Shown here: piece after piece, positions 34,331 to 42,703 of the stretch
How positions within the stretch are numbered: position 1 is the stretch's first letter
Layout of the letters: each line of letters begins with the position of its first letter
Virus record (IMG/VR): IMGVR_UViG_3300045993_000887
Location: 1 to 52,092 of that record
DNA: 52,092 nt
Source: a virus
Reading direction: 5' to 3' (one strand)
Translations under genes and position numbers: made by a program
Notes under the pieces: generated by a model
The model's database searches: none
What the model saw: only the letters and a program-made list of their open reading frames with translations
What the model was told of the DNA's origin: nothing

Positions 34331-36367
34331 TTAATGATTCAATATTCCAAAAATAACAGCATCGATAGTAACCGCGCCTGTGATTTGACCTTGCTCTGCT
34401 AGCACTCCAGTGACCACAGCATCAATAATTATTGAGCCAATATCAAAGGTTTGCGTGATAGTTCCTGCGGCGATTGCATCAATCACAATAGAGCCGCGCA
34501 ACGAGAGGATCGGTGTAGCAGGACGGTACACAGTAGACGGTGTGGCAGCAGGGCTAGTACTAATCACATCGCACATAAAGCCAATCGTGCGACTGGTCAA
34601 ATCTTGGCTAAATGCGATCGCATCTACCAGGCATCGGTATAAAATCCCATTAAAAATAATGTCGATTCTGCACCGGGGGCGCAAAGCCAAAAGTTGATCA
34701 GTGAGAGCCGTAATCATAAATCTACATTGCTTTCTCCCATTCATTAGTACTACTTCCAGATTGCCATATTCCAAGGCTTGTGCATCGCTTACGAGCCAAT
34801 CTACAATGATGGGTGCTAATTTCTCTTTTGATGGCACTCCTGCTAATGGGATCGCGGTAATCGTTGCTGATAATTCTTGATTCTTAGTTTTTGATTTTTC
34901 ACTGTAAGTGATTGAGGGTGGTCTAGTAGAGCCATCATTAGATATTTTTGGTGTGCGAGTTGCACCTACAAAATTGCTAGGCAAGCGACTATCACCTGTA
35001 GTAAATGCCTGATAAGTTACCCCATTGCAAGCTATTGATCGTGTGATCGCGCCTGTCACACCATCATAATTTGTGCCGAAAGTTTCTATGGCTGTGATTT
35101 GGCTCCAAAATGGCAATGAAGGAGCATAAAAGATTGTTTGCCGAGAAGTGCTGTAGAGCGTGGCAATATTGCCAGATGTCGGATTTATGCCTGTATATAC
35201 GGCTGTGCGAATACTTGAGGGATAGCCATCGGTGTACGTGCAATCAACTATGGTGCGCTCAATCTCAAAAAATGGAGTCGTTGGCGTTCCTATGGGAGGC
35301 GTACCGCCAACAGTATTAGCGATAAATCTTGAGTATTTTCTGGTAGTAATTTGGCTTAGTCGGTTTTGACTATCAAAAGTTGTTATTTGCTCTTTGATTT
35401 TATTCGCAACCAAAGGACTAGCAACCATTACAGCTTCTAATCCAATCACAATAGGGGAGACATATGCGACTTCCTCAACCTCTACTGAGTAATTTTCGCT
35501 TGTAATTTGGACGGTATTTCTGCCTACGGTAAGCACAGTACGAGCAGATGAATTTGTTACCCCATACTCTTGCTCTTGAGTCGTGACATTCAGGATTGGG
35601 TAATCACCAGTGTCTGGGGCTTGTGCCACACCAGAGATAGTGAGTTCTGTAACTGTGGGAATAGCAGAACCATCAATAGGCTCGAAGCTCGACTCATCAG
35701 AGCCAATAGTGAGTGTAGTGATCGCACTAGCAGCTAAATCAATGGGTGATGCAACGACTACGCCTGACGCATTGCAGTACAAAACATGGTTAATAGCCCC
35801 TACTAAGTCCCCTGCAAACTTGATAGGTGATCCGCCTGATTTCTGGACTGGTGTGTTAAATGGGTAGCCTAGCGCGGGGATAGAATGCGAGGTTATGCTT
35901 GCATCCTCAAGTACTCGCACAACAATGTCATCGCGATCGGTATAAGTGCCAATGGTCACGCCGCTAACATCACGGTCTGCCGTGCGCTGTGATTGGTACG
36001 CAAGAATATCGCCTACATCTATCTGTAATGTACCTTCGTCGAAACTGATGGTAGGAGGTGACGGCTCTTTAAGGATATATAGCTGCACACCGCTTAGCAG
36101 TGCATTTACAAGCACGCCTGAATCGTTAGCGGTTTGGAATACTACAAGCGCCCCTACTGCCCAATTTGCTGCAATTGTAGGATTGCCAATAGTTATATAT
36201 TCGTTATATTTGAGCGCGCCAAAAGCTAAAGTTATCGCGCCTGTTACAGGCGCATCACGCCGCTCTAATGTTGATGGCTGCGAGAGCGTAATCGATTTTA
36301 ATTCGGCTGTCCTATCCACACCAGCAATAGTTAGGGCAAAGGAGCGAGATGAAATATTAATTGTCAT
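34331..36367 (-). CDS. Large tail-tip/baseplate protein
   Basis: 678 aa with Thr/Ser/Gly/Ile/Val-rich, beta-type composition. Coupled (ATGA) to 36364..36903. Confidence 0.55.
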   Translation of the reverse strand: MTINISSRSFALTIAGVDRTAELKSITLSQPSTLERRDAPVTGAITLAFGALKYNEYITIGNPTIAANWAVGALVVFQTANDSGVLVNALLSGVQLYILKEPSPPTISFDEGTLQIDVGDILAYQSQRTADRDVSGVTIGTYTDRDDIVVRVLEDASITSHSIPALGYPFNTPVQKSGGSPIKFAGDLVGAINHVLYCNASGVVVASPIDLAASAITTLTIGSDESSFEPIDGSAIPTVTELTISGVAQAPDTGDYPILNVTTQEQEYGVTNSSARTVLTVGRNTVQITSENYSVEVEEVAYVSPIVIGLEAVMVASPLVANKIKEQITTFDSQNRLSQITTRKYSRFIANTVGGTPPIGTPTTPFFEIERTIVDCTYTDGYPSSIRTAVYTGINPTSGNIATLYSTSRQTIFYAPSLPFWSQITAIETFGTNYDGVTGAITRSIACNGVTYQAFTTGDSRLPSNFVGATRTPKISNDGSTRPPSITYSEKSKTKNQELSATITAIPLAGVPSKEKLAPIIVDWLVSDAQALEYGNLEVVLMNGRKQCRFMITALTDQLLALRPRCRIDIIFNGILYRCLVDAIAFSQDLTSRTIGFMCDVISTSPAATPSTVYRPATPILSLRGSIVIDAIAAGTITQTFDIGSIIIDAVVTGVLAEQGQITGAVTIDAVIFGILNH

Positions 36368-36903
36368 ATTTTCACCCCAGTATCTTGCAGCACCATCGCG
36401 ACACTACGAATCAATACCTGATCGGCTCTTACAGAATTATTCGGGCTAAGGCGAACTGAACTACGGGCTTGTCCAAATTCGGGCGGCGCTACCCAGTCTG
36501 CTTGGAATTTAGGATAGTAATAAACGCCGCCGTTAAGTTCTCGTGGTGTGGTTCCTGTTACAGATGTACGGGTTTTAGTTGATGTTGTTTTGCCATACTC
36601 ATAAATTTCTTCAGTCTCATCATCAATCGTGACAAAAAGAGAGCCTGTTCCTGTCCGTCTAGCGATGTCTAATTGTTCCCAGATCGCCTTAATCTTGTCA
36701 TAATCGGTCTGGTACAGGTCACAGGCTATTGTCCACAGATAAGGCAACTCAAAACTTGTGCCTGACTTGATTAAATTGCCAGACTGGGCATAACTGCTCT
36801 CGTTTACAAATACTTTGCGGCTGCGTGGCAAATCAGCACCTTTCCAATTACGAAAAGTGATAGATAGATCGGCGTATGATAGTGTGAGATCTTGCAGAGC
36901 CAT
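36364..36903 (-). CDS. Putative distal-tail/baseplate protein, first gene of the leftward tail block
   Basis: 179 aa. Preceded on its own strand by TTGCTTTATTTT, then 8 nt, then ATGGCT. Confidence 0.55.
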   Translation of the reverse strand: MALQDLTLSYADLSITFRNWKGADLPRSRKVFVNESSYAQSGNLIKSGTSFELPYLWTIACDLYQTDYDKIKAIWEQLDIARRTGTGSLFVTIDDETEEIYEYGKTTSTKTRTSVTGTTPRELNGGVYYYPKFQADWVAPPEFGQARSSVRLSPNNSVRADQVLIRSVAMVLQDTGVKI

Positions 36904-36911
36904 AGGGCTAT

Positions 36912-36923
36912 AAAATAAAGCAA
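36912..36923 (-). promoter_or_regulatory. Conserved 12-mer TTGCTTTATTTT, copy 3 (minus strand)
   Basis: The plus strand reads AAAATAAAGCAA. On the minus strand it is followed by ATAGCCCT and the ATGGCT of 36364..36903. Confidence 0.4.
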
Positions 36924-36924
36924 A

Positions 36925-37476
36925 ATGGGCTATATGGCAAAGGGTAAAGCTAAATTATCAGATTTTAAATGTCAAGCAAAAAACACTAATAAGCACAAGC
37001 CGCGTGGTATGGCAATGCTTGACAGTGTTATTGAAACTGACGGATGGCAAGGTGGGATAACTGTTGCTGCCAATGGTGAGACGTTCGCAGGTTCGGCACG
37101 CTTAGAGGTTGCAACTAATCGATTTGGTGAAGATGCTGAGCCGATCATGGTGCATACTACAGGTGATCGTCCTGTGATTATTGTGCGTGATGATATCCCA
37201 GATGCTAATCACCCAAAAGCAGTTAGGCTAGGCATTGCAGATAATCGGATAAGCGAAATTAACTATGATGCTGATTATGAGTTATTGACTGAGATATCGG
37301 ATGAAATTGATATTTCAGATATGTATGATGACGATGAGTTGATTGTGGATACAGATGAGAGCGAAACAGAAAACGTTCCATATAATCCTGAATCATCAGC
37401 TAAAGAAGTCAATGTAGATAATTTTGAGTTTGAATGCGAATGCCCCAAATGTGGGTTTCAATTTAATGGTAAATAG
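36925..37476 (+). CDS. ParB-like nuclease-domain protein with C-terminal zinc ribbon
   Basis: 183 aa. NTNKHKPRGMAMLDSVIETDGWQGGITV...GSARLEVA...RLGIADNR fits the ParB N-terminal domain pattern. ECECPKCG. ATG 36934 is an alternative start. Confidence 0.55.
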   Translation: MGYMAKGKAKLSDFKCQAKNTNKHKPRGMAMLDSVIETDGWQGGITVAANGETFAGSARLEVATNRFGEDAEPIMVHTTGDRPVIIVRDDIPDANHPKAVRLGIADNRISEINYDADYELLTEISDEIDISDMYDDDELIVDTDESETENVPYNPESSAKEVNVDNFEFECECPKCGFQFNGK

Positions 37477-38458
37477 CATCGCTTGGTATCTGAAAGATTT
37501 AAAATCCGTTACTCAAAACGGACTAAAAGTTATGACTACTTTTAGTTGCGGCGGCGGTAGTTCTATGGGGTATAAGTTAGCAGGGTGCGAGGTGATTGCA
37601 GCTAATGATATTGATCCTAAAATGGCATATCACTATAAATTAAATCTCAATTCTAAACATTATTTTCTATGTCCTATCAAAGATTTAATTGGCAAAAAAT
37701 TACCAGATGAACTTTACCAATTAGATATCCTAGACGGATCGCCGCCATGTTCAACTTTTTCTATGGCTGGCAGCCGCGAAAAAGCATGGGGCAAAAAGAA
37801 GCATTTTAGAGAAGGTCAAGCCGAACAAATTTTAGATGATTTATTTTTTGATTACCTTGATTTAGTTGAACATTTGCGCCCAAAAGTAGCGATCGCTGAA
37901 AATGTCAAAGGTTTGTTACAAGGCAATGCGAAAGGCTATTGCAAGTTGATTATTGAGAGGTTTAAGGCGATCGGCTATAAGCCTCAATTATTTCTGGTTA
38001 ACGCTGCTGATTGTGGCGTTCCACAAAAGCGAGAACGTGTATTTTTTGTGGCTTTGCGCGATGATATTGATAAGCCTAAATTGCTATTAGCTCCTAAGCA
38101 CAGATGGATTAGCGCGGGTGAGGCGATAGAAGATTTAGGGCATAAAGTTAAAGGATTATTTCTTGTTACGGCTGGCAATGAAAGGCATGTCAAAGCTTTT
38201 AGACTTCCTATACATGATCCTTATTCTCAACCCGCCCCAACATTGACAGCTACAGGTAATTCTTTTGATTTAATTTCTAAAGATCGCGAAACTGAAGAGA
38301 GGGCTTATACTTTTGCCGAATATAAACGCCTTGGTTCATTCCCTGATGACTACCAAGCGAAAACGGGTAAGATAGGCAAATATATGATAGGAATGAGCGT
38401 ACCGCCACGCATGACAGAACAGGTGGCTAAAGCTGTGATAGAGCAGTGGTTAAGTTAA
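37466..38458 (+). CDS. DNA cytosine-5 methyltransferase (2 of 2)
   Basis: Motifs TFSCGGGS (I), GSPPCSTFS (IV), ENVKGL (VI), QKRERVF (VIII), GMSVPP (X). The ORF track starts at 37424; ATG 37466 is more likely. Confidence 0.85.
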   Translation: MVNSIAWYLKDLKSVTQNGLKVMTTFSCGGGSSMGYKLAGCEVIAANDIDPKMAYHYKLNLNSKHYFLCPIKDLIGKKLPDELYQLDILDGSPPCSTFSMAGSREKAWGKKKHFREGQAEQILDDLFFDYLDLVEHLRPKVAIAENVKGLLQGNAKGYCKLIIERFKAIGYKPQLFLVNAADCGVPQKRERVFFVALRDDIDKPKLLLAPKHRWISAGEAIEDLGHKVKGLFLVTAGNERHVKAFRLPIHDPYSQPAPTLTATGNSFDLISKDRETEERAYTFAEYKRLGSFPDDYQAKTGKIGKYMIGMSVPPRMTEQVAKAVIEQWLS

Positions 38459-38878
38459 ATGGCACAAAAAAGCGACAATGCAGAAATAGAAAAGCGAGTA
38501 AATAAAGTTTATTCGCTTATTTTGCAATGTCATTCTACTGAAAAAATCGTAGCTTATGCTAGGCAAACGTGGGGCATAAACCGCGCTCAAACGACTAGAT
38601 ATATAAAAAGGGCGCGTGACCAAATGAAGGAGGTTTGCGCGATTGAGAGAGAAGAAGCTTATGCTGAAGAGATGGAATTAAGGCGTGAAATCATCCGTAA
38701 AGCACTTGATGAGAAGAAGTACCAAACAGCATTACAGGCAGCCGACAGCAGGGCAAAACTAAGGGGCTTATTTGATAAATTAGAGCAAGCGATCGATACG
38801 GTGACAGCACATGGTTACGAAGTGTCCGACCCCACTGAAATCACCGAAACACAAAGCGAAAATAGTACGCAGGAATAA
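38459..38878 (+). CDS. Probable terminase small subunit
   Basis: 139 aa. N-terminal HTH-like IVAYARQTWGINRAQTTRYIKRA, then a coiled coil. Lies immediately upstream of and overlapping terL. Confidence 0.45.
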   Translation: MAQKSDNAEIEKRVNKVYSLILQCHSTEKIVAYARQTWGINRAQTTRYIKRARDQMKEVCAIEREEAYAEEMELRREIIRKALDEKKYQTALQAADSRAKLRGLFDKLEQAIDTVTAHGYEVSDPTEITETQSENSTQE

Positions 38879-40502
38879 AAATCAACAAATAGATGTAGAT
38901 ATCAATTGGCAACCAATTCCAGATAGCCCTCAAGAGTTTGCTTTTAATCACCCTGCCGATGAACTTTATGTTGGCGGCGCTAGTGGCGGCGGTAAAACTT
39001 CATTAATTATTGGCACGGCTGGCTATTGCAAAAAAGCTTTAATTTTGCGGCGCGAATTCCCACGCGCTAGAAATATTATTGAAAGCTCACGGCTTATTTT
39101 TGCGCGTGATGTGTCAATTCATGCGAAAGATAGCTATAACGAATCACTTCACCTATGGCGCTTAGCCAATGGCACTACAATCCAGATTGGTGCTTGTCAG
39201 TATGAGAAAGACTGGGTAAAGTTTCAAGGACAGGAGCATGATTTTAAGGCTTTTGATGAGATATGCGAATTTACTGAAAATCAGTATCGTTCTATCAATA
39301 TTTGGAACCGTCACCCAGATCCTAATGTGCGGTGTCGGGTCATTGCCACAGGAAATCCCCCAACGACTGTTGATGGTGAGTGGGTTATGGATTATTGGGG
39401 CGCTTTTGTTGATCCTGATTTTGATGGCGATCGCGCTGAAGAAGGTTCGCTTGTTTGGTATGTGCGGGTAAAAACAGGAGACGATGAGAAAGACTTAGAA
39501 ATAGCCCGTACAAGCTTGGAAGATGTTAGAAAGGCAATTGCTAATAAAACAAAAATAGAGCGCCCTACCTACGAAATAACGCTTGCTACAGGGGATAAAA
39601 AAATATTAGTCGCAAGGTCACGATCATTTATTCGTGCGGGTATTGAAAATAATCCTTACTTAATGGCAACTGGATACGATAAGCAATTGGATGCACTGCC
39701 AGAATTTTTAAGGACGCGATTCAGAGAAGGATTATTTCAGCGTGTAACTGAATCTACTGATCTACAAGTCATCCCCACAGCATGGATTGTGGCGGCTATG
39801 GACAGATGGATTGCTTATATGGGTACTAAGTCGCTCGACTATAGCAACGCCCTGAGCACTTATAGGACTAAAAACCCAATGATGAATATGTCTGCTATGG
39901 GCGTTGATCCATCGAGGGGCGGTGACGATGAAACAGCGATCGCTATTCGGTTTGCTGATTTTATTATGCCACTGCACCTGACCAAGGGTAAGTATGTTGA
40001 GGATGGGGATGCAGTTCGAGACATTATTTATAATCTGAGAATTAGCAACCCGCAAATAAATATCGATGTTGTGGGTGTAGGCAGTAGCCCCTACGACTCA
40101 TGCAAAAAGATGGGATGGAGCGTAGTGGCGATTAATGGGGGCGCTAGTGCCACAGATAGGAATAATAAGCCATTAACCGATCGTACTGGCTTATTACGCT
40201 TCAGAGACATGAACGCGATGCTTGCATGGAAATTAATGGAAGCGCTAGATCCTCAGTACAATCCCACGCTGATGTTACCTCCTGATCCTAAATTAAAAGC
40301 TGAGCTATGCTCTATCAGGCGATCGTCTATTGATGGTGGTGTGGTGTCGATTGAGAGTAAGAAGGAAGTGAAGAAGCGATTAGGGCGATCGCCTGATAGA
40401 GCAGATGCAGTGAAGTATGCCCTATTGCAATCGATTAGTATGTACGCCCCTAATCCTAAGAGTCAGGCGGCGGCTTTGGGTAAGGTTAGCGAGTGGGGTT
40501 AA
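38811..40502 (+). CDS. Terminase large subunit
   Basis: 563 aa. Walker A VGGASGGGKTS, Walker B AFDEICEF, nuclease-domain MGVDPSRGGDDETAIAI. The only canonical in-frame start before Walker A is ATG 38811. Confidence 0.85.
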   Translation: MVTKCPTPLKSPKHKAKIVRRNKNQQIDVDINWQPIPDSPQEFAFNHPADELYVGGASGGGKTSLIIGTAGYCKKALILRREFPRARNIIESSRLIFARDVSIHAKDSYNESLHLWRLANGTTIQIGACQYEKDWVKFQGQEHDFKAFDEICEFTENQYRSINIWNRHPDPNVRCRVIATGNPPTTVDGEWVMDYWGAFVDPDFDGDRAEEGSLVWYVRVKTGDDEKDLEIARTSLEDVRKAIANKTKIERPTYEITLATGDKKILVARSRSFIRAGIENNPYLMATGYDKQLDALPEFLRTRFREGLFQRVTESTDLQVIPTAWIVAAMDRWIAYMGTKSLDYSNALSTYRTKNPMMNMSAMGVDPSRGGDDETAIAIRFADFIMPLHLTKGKYVEDGDAVRDIIYNLRISNPQINIDVVGVGSSPYDSCKKMGWSVVAINGGASATDRNNKPLTDRTGLLRFRDMNAMLAWKLMEALDPQYNPTLMLPPDPKLKAELCSIRRSSIDGGVVSIESKKEVKKRLGRSPDRADAVKYALLQSISMYAPNPKSQAAALGKVSEWG

Positions 40503-40660
40503 GCTCGTTTCATACTATCTTCACGCGCCTTCTGTGCTTCTTCCCTCAATCGCTTGCGTTTGGCAAAAATCTCTTCAAATGTTTCAATACGATGATTTGG
40601 ATTTTCGATTAAAATCTCTACCCTAACTTTTTGAGATTGTTCAGTTATTTCGTTTGACAT
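40499..40660 (-). CDS. Small hypothetical helical protein (53 aa, below the ORF-track cutoff)
   Basis: MSNEITEQSQKVRVEILIENPNHRIETFEEIFAKRKRLREEAQKAREDSMKRA. AGGAAG upstream. Overlaps the terL stop by 4 nt, convergently. Confidence 0.35.
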   Translation of the reverse strand: MSNEITEQSQKVRVEILIENPNHRIETFEEIFAKRKRLREEAQKAREDSMKRA

Positions 40661-40669
40661 TTTTTTCTT

Positions 40670-41018
40670 CCTTTTGCTCGACTTTTGCCCTAACAGTATT
40701 TGCGTTACCCGCCCCTAACCGCGCGGAGGTTACTGTTTAAGGGGCATTCCCTCAGTTTACGTCTTGCGGGTAGACGGTTGATTTAAGTGGGTTCTCCACT
40801 ACCTCTTAACTCTTACACTTTCGACGAGGTGGTATTTCGTAGGTTTAACGAGTTTTTACTTTCTCCTCGCATCACGTATTTATAGTGGGAATTACCACCC
40901 CGATTTAGTAGCTCCTAACCTAGACTTCGGTGTCTCGAAGGACGTGATGTTTGCCTCAACCCGCCAGTTGCAGTTACCTGCCTTAAGATGCCTATCGGCT
41001 TCCTTTCCTTCGCTTATG
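40670..41018 (-). ncRNA. Candidate structured ncRNA or long structured 5' leader (unclassified)
   Basis: No ORF of 60 aa or more in any frame across 40661-41227. A consensus promoter lies directly upstream on the minus strand. There are at least five local hairpins (40716-40732, 40760-40776, 40786-40800, 40885-40898, 40925-40940) plus the long-range pair 40692-40698/40731-40737. Confidence 0.4.
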
Positions 41019-41024
41019 TATATA

Positions 41025-41053
41025 AATATAGCACTCTATATGGCGTGTGTCAA
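41025..41053 (-). promoter_or_regulatory. Consensus sigma70-type promoter pointing into the ORF-free region
   Basis: The minus strand reads TTGACA (41053-41048), 17 nt, TATATT (41030-41025). Confidence 0.55.
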
Positions 41054-41077
41054 CCCCCCTAGCAAAATCGCTCAAAT

Positions 41078-41229
41078 GTATACAGTGCATAGCTTTCAGG
41101 AGCTTTTTTTAGTAAAACTTTAGAAATATAATTTTAAATTATTTTACTGATATTTTGCTAAACGTATACAGTGTGGGGGTTTCGCGCGGTAAATTATTTT
41201 AATTTCGCTAATATAATTTTAAATTATTT
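41078..41229. repeat. Two direct repeat units, about 85-86 bp apart
   Basis: GTATACAGTG at 41078 and 41164. The exact 20-mer AATATAATTTTAAATTATTT at 41125-41144 and 41210-41229. Confidence 0.8.
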
Positions 41230-41548
41230 ATTTTTTAGCCTTTTTGCGCTTTTCCTGTTTGCGTTTTTGGGCGGCGCGATATCCTTCAGGATCGTTTAAT
41301 TTCCACCGTGCTGTTAGTTCGGCTTGTGTAAGCTTGTGATCGCCCATCAATTGTCCACCTTCTGGGCGATTACTATCAGTACAGGTGAAGTTAGGCGTGT
41401 GGCGTCTGCATCGGTACTGTTTTGCGCCCGATGGCAAGTTTTTATTAAATGTGGTGTGTTTGCCACAAATAGTTTTGATAATTTCTCCGTCAACCACGGA
41501 TTTAAAAACGTGTTGGCAGATCGGATTTGCAAGATTAGGTTTTGGCAT
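41228..41548 (-). CDS. Zinc-ribbon protein with basic C-terminal tail
   Basis: 106 aa. C-x-H...C-x-K-H...QYRCRRH cluster. Tail KRKQEKRKKAKK. Confidence 0.55.
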   Translation of the reverse strand: MPKPNLANPICQHVFKSVVDGEIIKTICGKHTTFNKNLPSGAKQYRCRRHTPNFTCTDSNRPEGGQLMGDHKLTQAELTARWKLNDPEGYRAAQKRKQEKRKKAKK

Positions 41549-41593
41549 AGTTTAAAAATTATACCATACTTTGCATAGGTGCTACAGAATAGT

Positions 41594-41926
41594 CCTAACC
41601 AAGTGCTAACCAGCCTTATGATCTATGCCACATAAGAAGTGTAGGCTATTCGTTAAAATCTCCTAACCAAGTGCTAACCACCCACTAACCACTATGTGTA
41701 GCAGGGGTCTAGCCATATTGCCTATCTAATACCTACATTACACATACATACAGGTAATACATATACACATATATTCATTAGTGTTTTTACGTGTATCTGT
41801 TTTGTATAGGATTTAAAACAGCATTTTTGGCTAGGCGGCTAACCAACACGGCACAAAAGCGGCTCTGTGTATTGCTTGTAGGGGTGGTTAGCACTTGGTT
41901 AGCTATGGTTAGCTCAATCACCCTCT
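41594..41926. repeat. Iteron cluster, candidate origin of replication
   Basis: CCTAACCAAGTGCTAACCA at 41594-41612 and 41662-41680. Exact inverted 18-mer TGGTTAGCACTTGGTTAG at 41885-41902. Extra GGTTAGC/CTAACCA copies up to about 41926. An AT-rich ACATACATACAGGTAATACATATACACATATATTC block lies between them. Confidence 0.5.
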
Positions 41927-41931
41927 AACCA

Positions 41932-41979
41932 GCAATAAAGAAGCCCCTGATTAAATTTAATCAGGGGCTTCTTTATTGC
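41932..41979. repeat. Perfect 48-bp palindrome
   Basis: GCAATAAAGAAGCCCCTGATTAAA / TTTAATCAGGGGCTTCTTTATTGC with no spacer. Confidence 0.9.
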
Positions 41980-41992
41980 CAAAAAAGCATAC

Positions 41993-42004
41993 TTGCTTTA
42001 TTTT
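41993..42004 (+). promoter_or_regulatory. Conserved 12-mer TTGCTTTATTTT, copy 4
   Basis: Exact 12-mer 27 nt upstream of ATG 42032, at the head of the capsid-gene operon. Confidence 0.35.
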
Positions 42005-42031
42005 CTAGCCTTAAGCAAAGAAATATTTTTT

Positions 42032-42703
42032 ATGGATTTAGATTTAGGTTGCGTTAGCCAATATAAAAATTGTGTCAGGGGTAAAGCCTGTGGCAATACT
42101 TGCATCAATAAAGATAGAGCTTGCAAACCTAAACCAAATGCTAAAGCTAATGCTGTTGGGGACTTATTGGCTAATCCTGATAATTTGGAGAAGGGGGCGG
42201 AGAGTTTTGACGGTTTACTAGCTGACGATTTTCTTCCGCAAAACAATAGTTTAACTGATAAATTTCCGCCTATATATACTGGGCCTTTAGAAAGATTTAC
42301 TAAAACTAGCTTTGTTGGCGATGAGCATGATATTGAAACTGATATTAAATCCGCAAAAAATCCGCCAATTGATCCGCCTCCATCAGTTCAGAATGTAAAT
42401 ATATTTGTAGATTCAGGATTTAGTAAATCTAATATAGAGGGGAAAGATGGGCTGAAGTTAGCTCTAGCTAGTCGTGATCATGTTCGGGAATATGTAAAGC
42501 AAGCCCCTGAAGGGACTGTTTTGATGAATACGCCTTTTTCGGGTGATGGATTTGGAGATCAAAGAGCAAAACTTTATGAAAAAGCGGGGTTTTCGCCACC
42601 TGACAAAGATGAGCATATGTATTCAATCGTTTCAGAGGGGAAAAATATCCCCATTACTCTAGATGAAATAAAAGCGCTTAAAGAAGCAGGGCATACTAAA
42701 TGA
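42032..42703 (+). CDS. Hypothetical protein: Cys-rich N-terminus, possible GNAT-like C-terminus
   Basis: The ORF track starts at TTG 41993; ATG 42032 is more likely. CVSQYKNCVRGKACGNTCINKDRAC. The C-terminal QRAKLYEKAGF resembles the GNAT motif. Confidence 0.5.
   Translation: MDLDLGCVSQYKNCVRGKACGNTCINKDRACKPKPNAKANAVGDLLANPDNLEKGAESFDGLLADDFLPQNNSLTDKFPPIYTGPLERFTKTSFVGDEHDIETDIKSAKNPPIDPPPSVQNVNIFVDSGFSKSNIEGKDGLKLALASRDHVREYVKQAPEGTVLMNTPFSGDGFGDQRAKLYEKAGFSPPDKDEHMYSIVSEGKNIPITLDEIKALKEAGHTK

Noticed and set aside
40670-41018. Tried to read the ORF-free structured region as tmRNA, RNase P RNA, a tRNA or a group I intron.
   Set aside because: No T-loop or ACCA end, and no GAGGAAAGTCC-type RNase P core. 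There are no flanking split exons, since terL ends normally at 40502. It is kept only as an unclassified candidate RNA.
41932-41979. Read the 48-bp perfect palindrome as a protelomerase (telRL-type) target for a linear plasmid-prophage.
   Set aside because: No protelomerase-sized or protelomerase-like ORF, and no ParA-type partition gene.
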